A DNA stretch of 64,000 nucleotides from Eledone cirrhosa (GCA_964016885.1 OZ024741.1:61194001-61258000), one strand, 5' to 3'. Counted from the first letter of the stretch, positions 11,959 through 23,914 are shown. The notes: generated by a model not told the origin, from the sequence alone. Numbers and translations are program-made.

Positions 11959-11965
<7 letters not shown>
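11168..11965 (-). mobile_element. Non-coding HHR element (544-nt unit, ~1.1 units) with 5' fold-back; homolog of 45795-46572
   Basis: Direct repeat 11170-11240 / 11714-11784; 11785-11965 is an inversion of ~11600-11783; (TA)n on both flanks. Confidence 0.88.
11235..11316 (-). ncRNA. Type I hammerhead motif, cleavage triplet mutated to GCU
   Basis: Stem I ACUCC/GGAGU, CUGAUGA, stem II GUAAUG/CAUUAC plus GAUGGUUA/UAACUAUC, GAAAC-UAAUUA-GCU. Confidence 0.7.
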
Positions 11966-12003
<38 letters not shown>

Positions 12004-12591
12004 AAGTCCAAAATTAAGATAAATGAATTAAATGAATTTAATCTAAATCAAAATCATGGGTGTCATGACATAATGCATGCGCCATAAATCCTGAGACTTA
12101 GATATATATATATATAAATCCTGGACTTAGATATATATATACGGCTCCTTAATTGTAGAGCTATTTCTGTTGAGAAGAATTTTGACTGCTATTTCTAGTT
12201 GTCGAATACCTTTTCACTCCACTGAAACGAAACCGCTATCTTGTGTGGACGCAACACGTAGTAACGGATAGTTGAAGATTTGATCTCGCTCTGTAAGCTC
12301 GAATAGCTGGATTATTATCAATTTCCTTGTTGACAATCCAATAATATCCACTTTCCGTGACTTACCATCTGATTAATTGGTGAAATATATTTCTTTAATG
12401 GGATATATACAAGGAATGTTAATCACTCTTAAAGGTAAATATTGCCTAAACTAGCTATGCGCGGTTACACGCAAGCTTAAATTATCTCCTGTGATTATTC
12501 ATGTATTTTTATATGTTAATCAATCTCTAGTTATATATATATATATATACATATATATGTGTGTGTGTGTGTGTCTATGTATGTATGTATG

Positions 12592-12676
<85 letters not shown>

Positions 12677-12849
12677 AGTGTGTGTGTGTGTGAGTGTGTA
12701 TATAATTTATGTTAGGTTTGTTACTAATGGACAGAACCCGTGATTCCGGTTAGTAAACGATGATACAATAAATTAAAACACTCGACTCTATGCAGATCAC
12801 CCATCGTAGATGTGTTGTTCCGTGGCTTTTGTAGGAATGTAGAAAATAT

Positions 12850-13190
12850 TCATTAAAAACAAGAGAAGGCCGGACTGGAAACTTTCTTTAGAATTCTAAT
12901 TCCATGTAAACACTATACATCCCCGAGGAAGGTATACCGTAACAATAACACTAAAATGGCAGGCCATCCCCGAATCAAATCGGTCCTCTATTTTCTTTTT
13001 CCTATTCTCTGTCTGTGTTTGCCGTAATCAGTAATCCTGTTATCTTATGCAATTAACACCTGATGAAATCGCCAAAGTCTTGCATCATGATCGGATGATG
13101 AAACTGGACCATCGAAATATGTATAGTGTTTACGCGGAATTGAAATTCTAAAGAAAGTTTCTAGTCCCGGCTTTCTGTTGTTTTTAATGT
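12850..13190 (+). mobile_element. PLE-type terminus: hammerhead (13055-13130) with an upstream inverted copy of its downstream tail
   Basis: Stem I AACAC/GUGUU, CUGAUGA, degenerate long stem II, GAAA-UAUGUA-UA; 12850-12920 is an imperfect reverse complement of 13119-13190; ends in (TA)n. Confidence 0.7.
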
Positions 13191-13192
13191 AT

Positions 13193-13297
<105 letters not shown>

Positions 13298-13329
13298 TAT
13301 ATATATATATATGAGTGTGTGTGTGTGTA

Positions 13330-13424
13330 TGGGGTGTCCCAAAATATGTATACATACTTCAATACCACTGTAATAAATATTGCCTGTACAGGTAATCAAA
13401 GTGTGCATACATTTTTTAGGATAC

Positions 13425-13428
<4 letters not shown>
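13330..13428. mobile_element. Tc1/mariner-type MITE (related copy at 34176-34255)
   Basis: TIR-like GGGTGTCCCAAAA..TGTATACA / TGTGCATACATTTTT.GGATACC. Confidence 0.55.
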
Positions 13429-13468
<40 letters not shown>

Positions 13469-14190
13469 CACATTTGTGTATATGTGTAAAATAGGATAAA
13501 GAAAAGGGAAGTGTGAGAGAAAGAAGAGAAAGAAATGTATTCTGTATGAAATGGCATCTTACCATAATGGTACAATAAGGTGAAGATAATTAAATGATAT
13601 TTCCATTTATTACTTCACAACATAATGGTAATTCTTCTAGCAGAGCTAAGATCTGATTGCAACGATATTATAAAAATTATGTGGTAATTATTAGCAGATA
13701 AGGTAGCTATAATATTTTTTATGAGATCTCAATGAATATATCGAATTTTTGATACTGACTCCATTATTATATACTTTCGTATCAAGGTAACATGGCCAAA
13801 TGGTTAAAAAGTTGACTTTTCTATCATGAGCTTTTGGGCTTGACACTTGTCCTAGGTGCCACACAACTAGATCATTTACCATAATCTTATGGATTGGTTA
13901 GACTGTGCATTGGACTTTCATTGGTACCCTTAATGCAACAGTTAGCTCATACAATAAACAGGCTAGTAGTTGAGCAGCATTCTATGGGCATATGTACCCT
14001 TAACGCAGTTCTCAGGGAGATTCAATATGGCTGTTCGTTTGAATTAATGGCATAACTCATTTTTGCCAACTAAATGACCAGGAGCAACTATTGCTGAAAT
14101 CGAACTCATGACCTTATGGCCAGAGACCAAACACACTAACCAAGGTGAACTACTACACAATTTCACTTCTGGTGCATGATTCACTATTGC

Positions 14191-14221
<31 letters not shown>

Positions 14222-14224
<3 letters not shown>

Positions 14225-16152
14225 GGAAAATTTGAACAGGAACAAGACAGAGAGGCAGTACAACGAATGTTTATTAATTTCACGCTCTTGAGACTGGGGT
14301 GGTGGTGGGGAACGACGTTTCGGGCATAAGCCCTTCTTCAGGTGAAAAGTGTGGGGGAAGAGAGTTCAAAGGGTGTGTAGGGGAGTGGTGGAGAGACATA
14401 TAGCAAAAAGGGGGTGGGAGGAAACGGTGCAAATGAAATTAAAAATAAAAGCATGATCAAATTAAAATTAAAATGGGGTAAAACAGGTGGTGAAAGGGTG
14501 TGGGGCGTGTAGGGGGGACGGTGTCGGGTGGAGTGGGGAGAGGGAGACGGGGTGTCCGAGCGGGGAGGGCTGAAGGTGGTGTGTGTGAGTAGGTGTACGT
14601 GTGTGTGTGTATGTGAAAGCAAGGGTTGGGGGAAGAACGGGGTTGCATGTTTAGGTCGGAGTGTGTGTGCGTGTGTGGATAGAGGGGTGGGGGGAGAGGA
14701 ATCCGGAGGCTGAATGTGTAAATATGTGGTGGAACGCACGTGTGTGTGTGTGTGGTGTTTAAGCGTGTTGTAGGTGTAGGTGGCGTGTGTGAAAAAAAAT
14801 GTTTGGGGGTGTGTGTGTGGGTGAGTCATAAAGGTGATTCCGTAAGAAGATGTGGTGGAATGGTTGGTAAAATCCTAGGATTGTGGTTGATTCCGCGGTC
14901 AAGGTCCACATACGTGTAATCCGTGAAGAGATTGGTCGGAAGAGTGGAGATGTGGGGTGCGCGCGCAACAGGAAGTGGTCGAGGCAGTAGGAGTGCTGTG
15001 TGTCTGTGTGTGCTGAGAGGTGGTCAGAGGGCATAGCAGCAGTAGGGTGGAATGGTAAAGAGGAGAGGATGGGTAGGTGTGAAAGTTGGAGTGGGGAGGG
15101 GAGGGGGGGGGGGGGTATTAGTAGAGGTGTTAGTGGGATGAGTGAGTGTTTGAGAAAGAGTGTGGGTGGAGCGGGGAGAGAAGGGTGTGGGGGTCGATGG
15201 AGGGAGTGTGGTGTACTGGTGAGTGTGTTGTTTGATGAAGAGGTGTTAGTGGGTCTTAGTATACAGGAGGTGGAGAAAGGGTGGAATGCGGGTGTGAGTG
15301 GGGATCAGTGGTGGTAGGGTGTGTAGAGTTGGTGGTGTAAGAGGGTGTGTGGGTACGTGTGCGTGGGGTTGGGGGGTGTTAGTGATGTTAGTTGCGTGTA
15401 GGGTGGGTGGTGTAGGTGGGTGCGTGTGTTCGTGTGCTTGGGGTCAGGGGGTATTAGTGATGTTAGTTGCGGGGTGGTGGGGTGGATGTGTGGGGGTGAG
15501 GGTTAGTGGTGGTAGTAGGGTGTGTGTTTAGTGTGAGCGCGTGTATATATGTGCCGGTGGGTGTGTGCGTGTGATAAGGAGGGGGGAAGAAGGGAGGGAT
15601 GTTAGTATGTTAGTTGGGGAAGGTGGTCGGATGTGGGGTGGAGTGGAGTTGTTAGTATTGTTAGTTGTGGGGTGGGCGGTGAAAAGGAGGGGTGTGTTAG
15701 TGGTGTTAGTGGGGGATATGTGTGGGGGGAGGGGGGCGGTCGAAGGCTAAAGGAATAAGGGTGGGGAGTTCAGGCCGGGGGGAGTGTGGGTCTGTAAGAT
15801 GAAGATGGTGCGTTGTTCAACTCTTAGGAGATTGGCGGGTGCTCCGTGGCATTGGAGTAGGCCACAGACTGTGAGATGGCGTGCGGAATGTCCAGGGGCA
15901 CCAAAGTGGCGGGCGATGGGGGAACTACCACCGAGACGAATATCCCGGAGGTGCTCAGTGAATCTGTCCGCCAGGCGACGTCCAGTCTATCCGACGTAAG
16001 TCGCGCTGCACTCCGTGCAGCAATTGTCGTATACTAGGTTGGAGGAGGTGCAGCGGAAGGCATGCCGGACAGAGAGAGAGAGTGGCCGTTGGGACCCTGG
16101 AAGGTGGTGGTGTTGGTGATGTGGGGACAGGTGTTGCAGCGGGGCCTAAAGC
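14222..16152 (-). mobile_element. Neptune-like PLE 3' portion: GIY-YIG ORF remnant 16152-15747, long C/A-rich 3' region, terminal HHR motif 14311-14344
   Basis: Diverged inverted copy of 17770-19820; minus strand CUGAAGA-AGGGC-UUAU-GCCC-GAAAC-GUC. Confidence 0.88.
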
Positions 16153-16322
16153 AAAGAGATATTTAATTTGTTGGTAATTCCACTATTATATTTATAACAG
16201 ATTCGAAGCACTCGACAAGTTTTCTGGAATCAGACCTTAACAGTTCAGGTTCTGAACTGTTAAGAACCTGAACTGTTAAGGTCTGATTCCTTGGTATGTC
16301 ACTATTTATAAAACAAATTTTG

Positions 16323-16986
16323 TATTTTATCTGATGAGGGCGTACCCTTGAAATCTAAACTATAATAAAGGAAGGTCTGCGGGACTGCGTACGGTGTATT
16401 TGTTTTTTTATCCCGTTAGTAAAATAAGTTGGATTACTTTGAATAAATAATTGTTTCTACATTTGGCACAAGGCCAGCAATTATCCAGTGTATTACTGGT
16501 GCTTTGTTTTATCGACTTTGAATAAATAATGATGAATATTACATAATTTATCTACTAAATTTCGTAAACAAAAATAATTTCGTAAAAATAAATAATTTAA
16601 AATTGACTTCGTTTCAAAGTTGCACATCCGGTATATCGTTGCCACCACCACCACTTCAACTACCATAAAGAGAGAGTGTGTGATGTCAACACTTCCGGTG
16701 GCGATCACTTAAATAAACATATAATTTTCTGTCATTAATTTTCTCCTAATGCAGCTTATATATAATATCGTCTTTTTTTAATCTGTCATGGATTACGTTA
16801 CTGGTAACATAAAACAGTGTAACAATGTCTTCGTTCAATTTCAGTTTATATTGTCAATTACGATTTTATTTGATGTATCATATCTACATGTATATATACT
16901 TGCGTATAATATCAATATACACACTACACATGCTAGCAGAAAACCACCCGAAGAGTGGTTTTTCTGCTAGTATATATAATAGAATA
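16323..16986 (+). ncRNA. Hammerhead ribozyme interrupted by a Helitron
   Basis: Joining 16353 to 16971 gives UAUUUUAU-CUGAUGA-GGG-CGUA-CCC-UU-GAAA-UAUAUA-UA-AUAGAAUA, with an 8-bp stem I. Confidence 0.7.
16354..16970 (+). mobile_element. Non-autonomous Helitron carrying a SINE fragment (~16445-16520)
   Basis: 5' TC(TAAACTATAATAAAG), 3' CTAG with terminal hairpin, A|T insertion site, no TSD; homologous copy at 59325-59852. Confidence 0.8.
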
Positions 16987-17033
16987 AATATGTTTTTTAT
17001 AAATATAGTTTCCATTTATTAATATCATTCGTA

Positions 17034-18182
17034 TATATATTTGGCCATGTTGAGGCCCAAATCTTTGCCCAGTACACCGGCCCCACGCCCGAACTGTACG
17101 GTCGTTACATTGACGACTGTATCGGAGCCACGACCCTCACCCGAGAACAGCTCGACTCCTTTCTCTCCTTCTTCTGCTCCTTCCACCCCTCCCTCCACTT
17201 CACCACCTCTATCTCCACCACCCACGTCCACTTCTTAGACATCTCCGTCGCCTTCGACCCCTCCCACCACTCCCTCGTCACCTCCGCCTTCTTCAAACCC
17301 ACCGACTCCCACTCTTACCTCGACTTCACCTCTTCCCACCCCACCCACACTAAACACTCCATTCCCTACTCCCAACTTCTCAGGATCCGCCGCCTCTGTA
17401 GCCGTGATGCTGACTTCGAGTCCCAGGCCCTTTCCCTAGTCAGCCATTTCATCCGCAGTGGTTACCCTCCCTCTCTCGTCTACACCGCTCTCACCCGCGC
17501 CCGTGCTGTCCCCCGCTCCACAACCCTCACCCCACGCCACCGCACACCCACCCACCGTCTCCCCTTCCCCATCACCTACCACCCCTCCACCTTACCCCTC
17601 CACCGCACCATCCGCCGCCTCTTCCGACGCCTCCAGTCCGACCCCTCCACCTCCCACATCTTCCCAACCCCACCACTCCCCTCCTTCAAACGCGCACGCA
17701 ATCTCCGCACCCTCCTCGTCCACAGCTCCCTACCCCCCAACCCACGCTCTGTTACCCCCCCCCGGTTCCTTTCCCTGTTCTAGGCCCCGCTGCAACACCT
17801 GTCCCCACATCACCAACACCACCACCTTCCAGGGTCCCAACGGCCACTCACTCTCTCGGTCCGGCATGCCTTCCGCTGCACCTCCTCCAACCTAGTCTAC
17901 GGACTTCGCTGCACGGAGTGCAGCGCGACTTATGTCGGACAGACGGGACGTCGCCTGGCGGACCGAGTCACGGAGCACCTCCGGGATATTCGTCTCGGGG
18001 GCAGTTCCCCCATCGCCCGCCACTTTGGTGGCCCTGGACACTCCGCACGCCATCTCACAGTCTGTGGCCTACTCCAGTGCCATGGAACACCCGCCCATCG
18101 CCTTACGGTCGAACAACGAACTATCTTCATCTTACAGACCCACACTCCCCCCGGCCTGAACTCCCCACCCTTATTCCTTTAG
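17034..18182 (+). pseudogene. Neptune-like Penelope element ORF (RT C-half, thumb, Cys linker, GIY-YIG), 5'-truncated, 2 frameshifts
   Basis: YGRYIDDC..FHPSLHFT..FLDI..KPTDSHSYL..SSHP..SIPYSQLLRIRRLCS..GYP..FKRARNL..PCSRPRCNTC..NLVYGLRC..YVGQTGRRLADRVTEH..GLN; frameshifts near 17760 (C run) and 17857. Confidence 0.92.
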
Positions 18183-19817
18183 CGTTCGACCCCCCCCCCA
18201 CTTATCCCCCACTAACACCACTAACACACCCTTCCTTTTCACCCCCCCCCCCCCCCCACACTAACAATACTAACACCTCCACTCCACCCCTCATCTGACC
18301 ACCCTTCCCCAACTAACATACTAACATCCCTTCCCTCCCCTCTTCTCCTCCTCCCCCCTCCTTATCACACGCACACACCCACCGGCACATATATACACGC
18401 GCTCACACTAAACACACACCCTACTACCACCACTAACCCTCACCCCCACACCTCTCACCCCCACACCTCCATCCCACCACCCCGCAACTAACCTCACTAA
18501 CACCCCCTAACCCCAAGCACACGAACACACGCACCCACTTACACCACCCACCCCACACGCAACTAACATCACTAACACCCCCCAACCCCACGCACACGTA
18601 CCCACACACCCTCGTACACCACCAACTCTACACACCCTACCACCACTAACCCCCACTCACACCTGCATTCAACCCCTCCCCACCTCCCGTATACTAAGAC
18701 CCACTAACACCTCTTCATCAAACTACACACACACCAGTACACCACACTCCCTCCATAGAACCACACACACCCTTCTCTCCCCACTCCACCCACACCCTCG
18801 CTCCACACTCACTCATCCCACTAACACCCCTACTAATACACACACACACACACACACCCTCCTCACTCCAACTTTCACACCTACCCATCCTCGCCCCCTA
18901 TCATTCCACTGACTGCTGCTGTGCCCTCTGGCCACCTCCCAGCACCAACAGACCACAGCACTCCCACTGCTGACCACTTCCTGTTGCGCGCGGACCCCAC
19001 ATCTCTCCTCTTCCGACCACCACTTCATGGATTACCCACACGCAGAATTTGACTTACAAACAATCTACTGAACATCCTTGGAACTTACCAACTTTTCAAC
19101 CATCCTCTTGCGTAATCACCTATATAACTCACCCGCACACACACCCCAAAAAATTTTTTTTCTCCACACGCCACCCACACCCACAACACGCTTAAACCCC
19201 ACACACACGTGCTTCCCACCACATATTTACACCCTCAGCCTCCTGATTCCTCTCCACCCCCACCCCCCTATCCACACACGTACAGACACTCCGACCCACA
19301 AAAACACCCCCCACACACACCCCTTCCTGAACATGCAACCCCGTTTTTCCCCCAACCCTTACTTTCACATACACACACACACACACACACGCACACCTAC
19401 ACACACACACCACCTTCAGCCCTCCCCGCTCGGACACCCCGTCTCCCTCTCCCCACTCCACCCGCCACCACCCCTACTCACCCCACACCCTTCCACCACC
19501 TGTTTACCCCCCTTTTAATTTCAGTTTATTTTGATCATGCCTTTATTTTTAAATTTTCTCATTCCTTGTATTTTGATCATGCTTTATTTTTATTTTTTAT
19601 CTTTATTTGTTTTTTTCATTCGCACCGTTTCCTTTCGCTATATGTCTCTCCACCACTCCCCTACACACCTTTTGAACTCTGTTCCCACACACTTCTCATC
19701 TGAGGAAGGGCTTATGCCCGAAACGTCGTCCCCCACCTACCCCCCACTCTCCTGAGCGTGAAATTAATAAACATTTATTGTACTGCCTCTCTCTTTTGTC
19801 CCTGTTCAAATTTTTCC

Positions 19818-19822
<5 letters not shown>
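18183..19822 (+). mobile_element. 3' non-coding region/pseudo-LTR of the Neptune-like PLE with minimal HHR motif at 19698-19730
   Basis: Strongly C/A-skewed; CUGAGGA-AGGGC-UUAU-GCCC-GAAAC-GUC (stem I only ~2 bp); AATAAA near 19766; ends at (TA)n. Confidence 0.8.
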
Positions 19823-19858
<36 letters not shown>

Positions 19859-19863
<5 letters not shown>

Positions 19864-21460
19864 CATCATCATCATCATCATTTGAGAGGTGCAAGTGTGC
19901 AAGGTCAGCTTTTATCACCTCGTCCCAGGACTTTCTGGGTCTTCCTATTCCGTAGCTTCCATCAATTTTGATCTAGCTCTCATTTTCACCCTGTACATTT
20001 TTATACAGCTGTCGCGCTTCATACGCATCATATGACTATACAGATGCAATCTCCTATCTAGCATCTGATCCCTCTTATACCTAAATTTTCACTTAGTTCA
20101 TTTACACTTTCCCGTTCGTGTATATTATTATTGGATCATGCATGATTCATTTTTTTCCAATCTGTGCAGATCCTCTACGCACAGTGCCCAGGTTTCACTA
20201 CCATGTAACATTGCTGTTCATATACAAACAGCGTACAATCTGCCTTTCATTCTTAGGGAGAAACCTTTTGTGGCCAACAGCAGAACTTTTTCCATCTCAT
20301 TCTTACTCTGGCTACTGTACTTTCAGAACACCCTCCTCCACTGCTGATTTTGTCACCTAGGAAACGGAAAGTGTTGACTACTTCTATAGAACTATCTGGG
20401 CAATTGAAGGAGCTAGTATCCTGTAGGCACTTGCTACTTACGGCTCATATGTGACTGAGCATCAGTCACATATAAAACCTGTGTTCTTTGATAGCCTGCC
20501 TGTGATCCCACTACATCTTTTATGTACCCTTAGTTTGCATTTGGAACATAGAGTGGAATTTCTACTTGCTCCTTTCCTTCACACCAAGCAAGGCCATTTC
20601 CCAGAGGGAATCTGTGCCCTATTTTCCTTTCTACAAACTAGAACTTTAGTTTTAGACAAGTTAACGTTAAGGCCCTTTGATTCTAGGCCATGCTTCCATG
20701 TTTGAAATTTCTTCTCTAGTTCTACCATAGATTAAGCTACAAGAGCTAGATCATCTGCATAGAGAAGTTCCCATGGACAGCTAGTCTTAAACTCTTTTGT
20801 TGTAACCTGTAGGGCAATAATTAACAAGAGGGGGGGGGTTAAGGACAGATCCTTGGTGAACACCAACTTTTACGCTAAATTCTTCACTATATTCATTGTT
20901 AATTCTAACCTTGCTGACTGTTCCTCTATACATGGCTTATATAGCTTTCACAAGCTACTCATATACTCCTAGTTTTCTAAGAGTCCACCAGATTATGGAG
21001 TGAGGACTCTATCAAAAGCTTTCTCCAAGTCAACAAAAGCTAAGTAGAGGAGTTTACTTTTAGCTAGGTACTTCTCCTGTAGTTGCCTTACAAGTAAGAG
21101 GGCATCTGTTGTACTCTTACTTGGCACAAACCCAAACAGCATTTCATGTAGATCAATTTGGTCCCTAATCAGCAGTGCGATAAATCTTTCTGTGACCTTC
21201 ATGACTTGATCAATTAACTTAATGCCTCTATAGTTTTCTCTATCTAGAGTGTTTCCTTTGCCCTTGTAGCAGTTAACGATGTTGCTACACCAGTCATTTG
21301 GTATAGCCCCATTCTGTATTACTTGGTTCACTATTCGGGTGACCATGATGTATCTCACCATTCCAGACACTTTCAACATCTCAGCAACTATCCCTGGAGG
21401 TCTGACTGCCTTTCCAGTCTTCATATCTTTGATTGCCTTACTTACTATACTACTACTAAC
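19859..21460 (-). mobile_element. RTE-clade LINE, 5'-truncated, degenerate reverse transcriptase
   Basis: KAIKDMKTGKA..IPNDW..YKGKG..NYRGIKL..FGFVP..STTDA..AFVDLEKAFDRV; GVHQGS near 20850; LYADDL near 20755; (GAT)n tail at 19859-19881. Confidence 0.9.
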
Positions 21461-21626
21461 TTGCACACACACACATACACATATACATACATACAAGGAA
21501 CTGAAAGCATATACTTTCAGTTCCTTACAGGAATAACACCACACACTGAATCTAAGCATATTAGTGGATTAACAAGGTAAAATCTATTACAACATTATGT
21601 TTTCCTGTTTTTTTCTGTTCAAGTTA

Positions 21627-21689
21627 TTACTGCCTGATGAGGTCATAGCTGTTGAATAATGGCTATCACTGAAATATATATAGCAGTGA
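21627..21689 (+). ncRNA. Type I hammerhead ribozyme
   Basis: 7-bp stem I UUACUGC/GCAGUGA, CUGAUGA, stem II GGUCAUAGC..GCUAUCACU, GAAA-UAUAUA-UA; AATAAA downstream near 21695. Confidence 0.8.
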
Positions 21690-21919
21690 ATATGAATAAA
21701 CAAAAAAATGTTTAGCAAGATTCTTTATCTTATCTTTATCTTAAAGCTAATTTTACCCTGTTGACTTACACTTCTTGTTTTTACATTACTCTGGAGTAAA
21801 CAGACCAGCCTGTGCACTTCATTGAGTGCTCCAACCTGCATACTGAAGTGTTGGTAAAAAACAACCAACACATACTCAAAATTATATATATATATATATA
21901 TTACCCCTACCACCACCCC

Positions 21920-22230
21920 CATCAACACCACCCCTTTCGATGTAAAGTTATGTTGGTACCACAACATCCAGTCCTAAATAAATGAGGTTGTGTAGGTGTC
22001 ACAACAAAAAAAACACACAGTCCACGCTGTAATGTGGTTGCATAGGTAACACAGTAAAAACCTCCCAGTTCACACTGTAAACGTGGTTGGTGTTAGAAAG
22101 GGCATCCAGCCATAGAAAACCTGCCAGATAGTCCTATACGAGCAAGACAACCAATCTTGCCTCAAGTGGGACAATTCCCATCTAAACCCATGCTAGCGTG
22201 GAAGATAGACATTAAACGATGATGATGATA
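21920..22230 (+). mobile_element. SINE body (AAAGCACCCA/GTGGTTGGTGTTAGGAAGGGCATCCAGC family) with (GAT)n tail; other copies e.g. 23560-23740, 35930-36210, 37855-38068, 46610-46842, 47440-47755, 59880-60050
   Basis: Recurrent shared motifs, ~57-bp internal tandem subrepeat, CATGCTAGCATGGAAAA..GACGTTAAA(TGA)n end resembling RTE 3' ends. Confidence 0.7.
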
Positions 22231-22622
22231 TATGGGGGACAAGTGTGTCTGTAACAATAATGGTGTACTTGCCTTCACTGATACTGATAGAAGGTAGCAT
22301 GGAAGTGCCTCTACAAAAGACTACTAAATGAGGAGAATGAATGGGATAAAGAAAGTTTGCCCCAAGGTGGATCAACTGAGTACCATACAAATGAAATCAC
22401 TTATCTATGAGGCCAGCAGTCAGTGTCTTTGGTTGTATGATTTATTTTGCTAACCAGTATTGGGGTGGGCAAAACTTCAAATCTCGCTGCATAGATTTCA
22501 TTACACATACATATGGCTGATTAAATACACAAGTTTTTGTTGGGGGTTTTTTAAGAAAAAATTTCCATTTCTTCCTCTTCTCACTCTCTATCTTTCTATT
22601 TCATCTTTTATTTCTCATTCTA

Positions 22623-22745
22623 TCTTCTGATGAAGGACTAGCATCCGAAACATTAAGACTCATTTCCAACTATATCAAACATTAAACTAATATATTTCTC
22701 CATTTTACTGTTGTTTGGTTTGTTATTTCTCTTTACCTTTTGCAT
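22623..22745 (+). ncRNA. Minimal hammerhead (22623-22658) with PLE-type tail
   Basis: UCUU-CUGAUGA-AGGA-CUAGCA-UCC-GAAAC-AUU-AAGA; tail shared with 39050-39140, 4980-5060(-), 29175-29243(-), 55713-55775. Confidence 0.7.
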
Positions 22746-22806
22746 ATATATATATATATATATATGAACATTTTCTTATATATACATATATATATATATT
22801 ATATAT

Positions 22807-22838
<32 letters not shown>

Positions 22839-23914
22839 CATCAATGATATTAAATAAATGGAAACTATATATATATATCAATGATATTAAATAAATGGAA
22901 ATTACATATATATATATATATATACTGGTATGTGTATATTTAACTTATGCAATACTCTAAACAACACTATTTTCTCCTATGATTAGGTGTTTTTACACAT
23001 CCTGGCATTTACTTTACTTCAATTCTGGGTATTTTTTCATGAATTGTCATTGTAGTTTGACACGTATGAATACAAATGAACTTTCACTTGATTGTTGTAC
23101 TGATAGATTTCCATATTTTATATTACACCTACATCACATCATCACCTGTGCAGTTAACTGAACTTTCTGTAGATTGTTGCACTCATAAGCCCCGGTATTT
23201 TATATTAACATGATTATTATCTCATACATGACTTCTATGAAGAAATTATTATATTTATTACTTTAGGCTTGGTTAAGGTGTTTGCTTCACAACCAATTGG
23301 TTTGGGATACAGTCAGCTGACTGTATCCAAAGCACTAATCTGAACTGACTAATGCTCTGTGAGGGGGATTGGTAGACAGATACTGTCCTCGCACATGCTA
23401 ATTATCCCATATGTTCCACCTTAGACCTCCTTCCCTCACATTTTTTATCCCCATTTTGCATACTTGTTTCAATCCCCTGCCTTCAACACTTCTCTTGTCC
23501 AATCCATGCATACGAGCATGGAAAACCAGACATACTCCACATCTGCTCTCCCATAATCCTGCAGCCAAGACAAAAAGCACTGAGTTCACCCTGTAAAGTG
23601 GTTGTGCTAGTGACATGGCAAAAAACACCCAGTCCAGCCTCTAAGGTTGTCATGTTGGTGACACTACAAAAAGCACCCAATCCACCATGTAAGGTGGTTG
23701 TGCTGGTGACACAACTAAAAGCACTCAGTCTACCCTGTAAGAGAATAGAAATGTTTTAGATGGACGTTAATCTGGTAGGTCTTAATTTTCTTAAATAATT
23801 TTACAAATCTCTGTTTGCCTATTTTATCTTATTTGTACGTTTATGTTTGTGTATATATGATTTAATCTTATGTTTTACATTCATGTGTGTGTATTTATAT
23901 TTATATGTATGTAA

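Noticed and set aside
14338-15750. Pro/His/Thr- or Gly/Val-rich ORFs (also 18183-19703)
   Set aside because: Low-complexity C/A-skewed PLE 3' region; frames are not conserved between the two copies.
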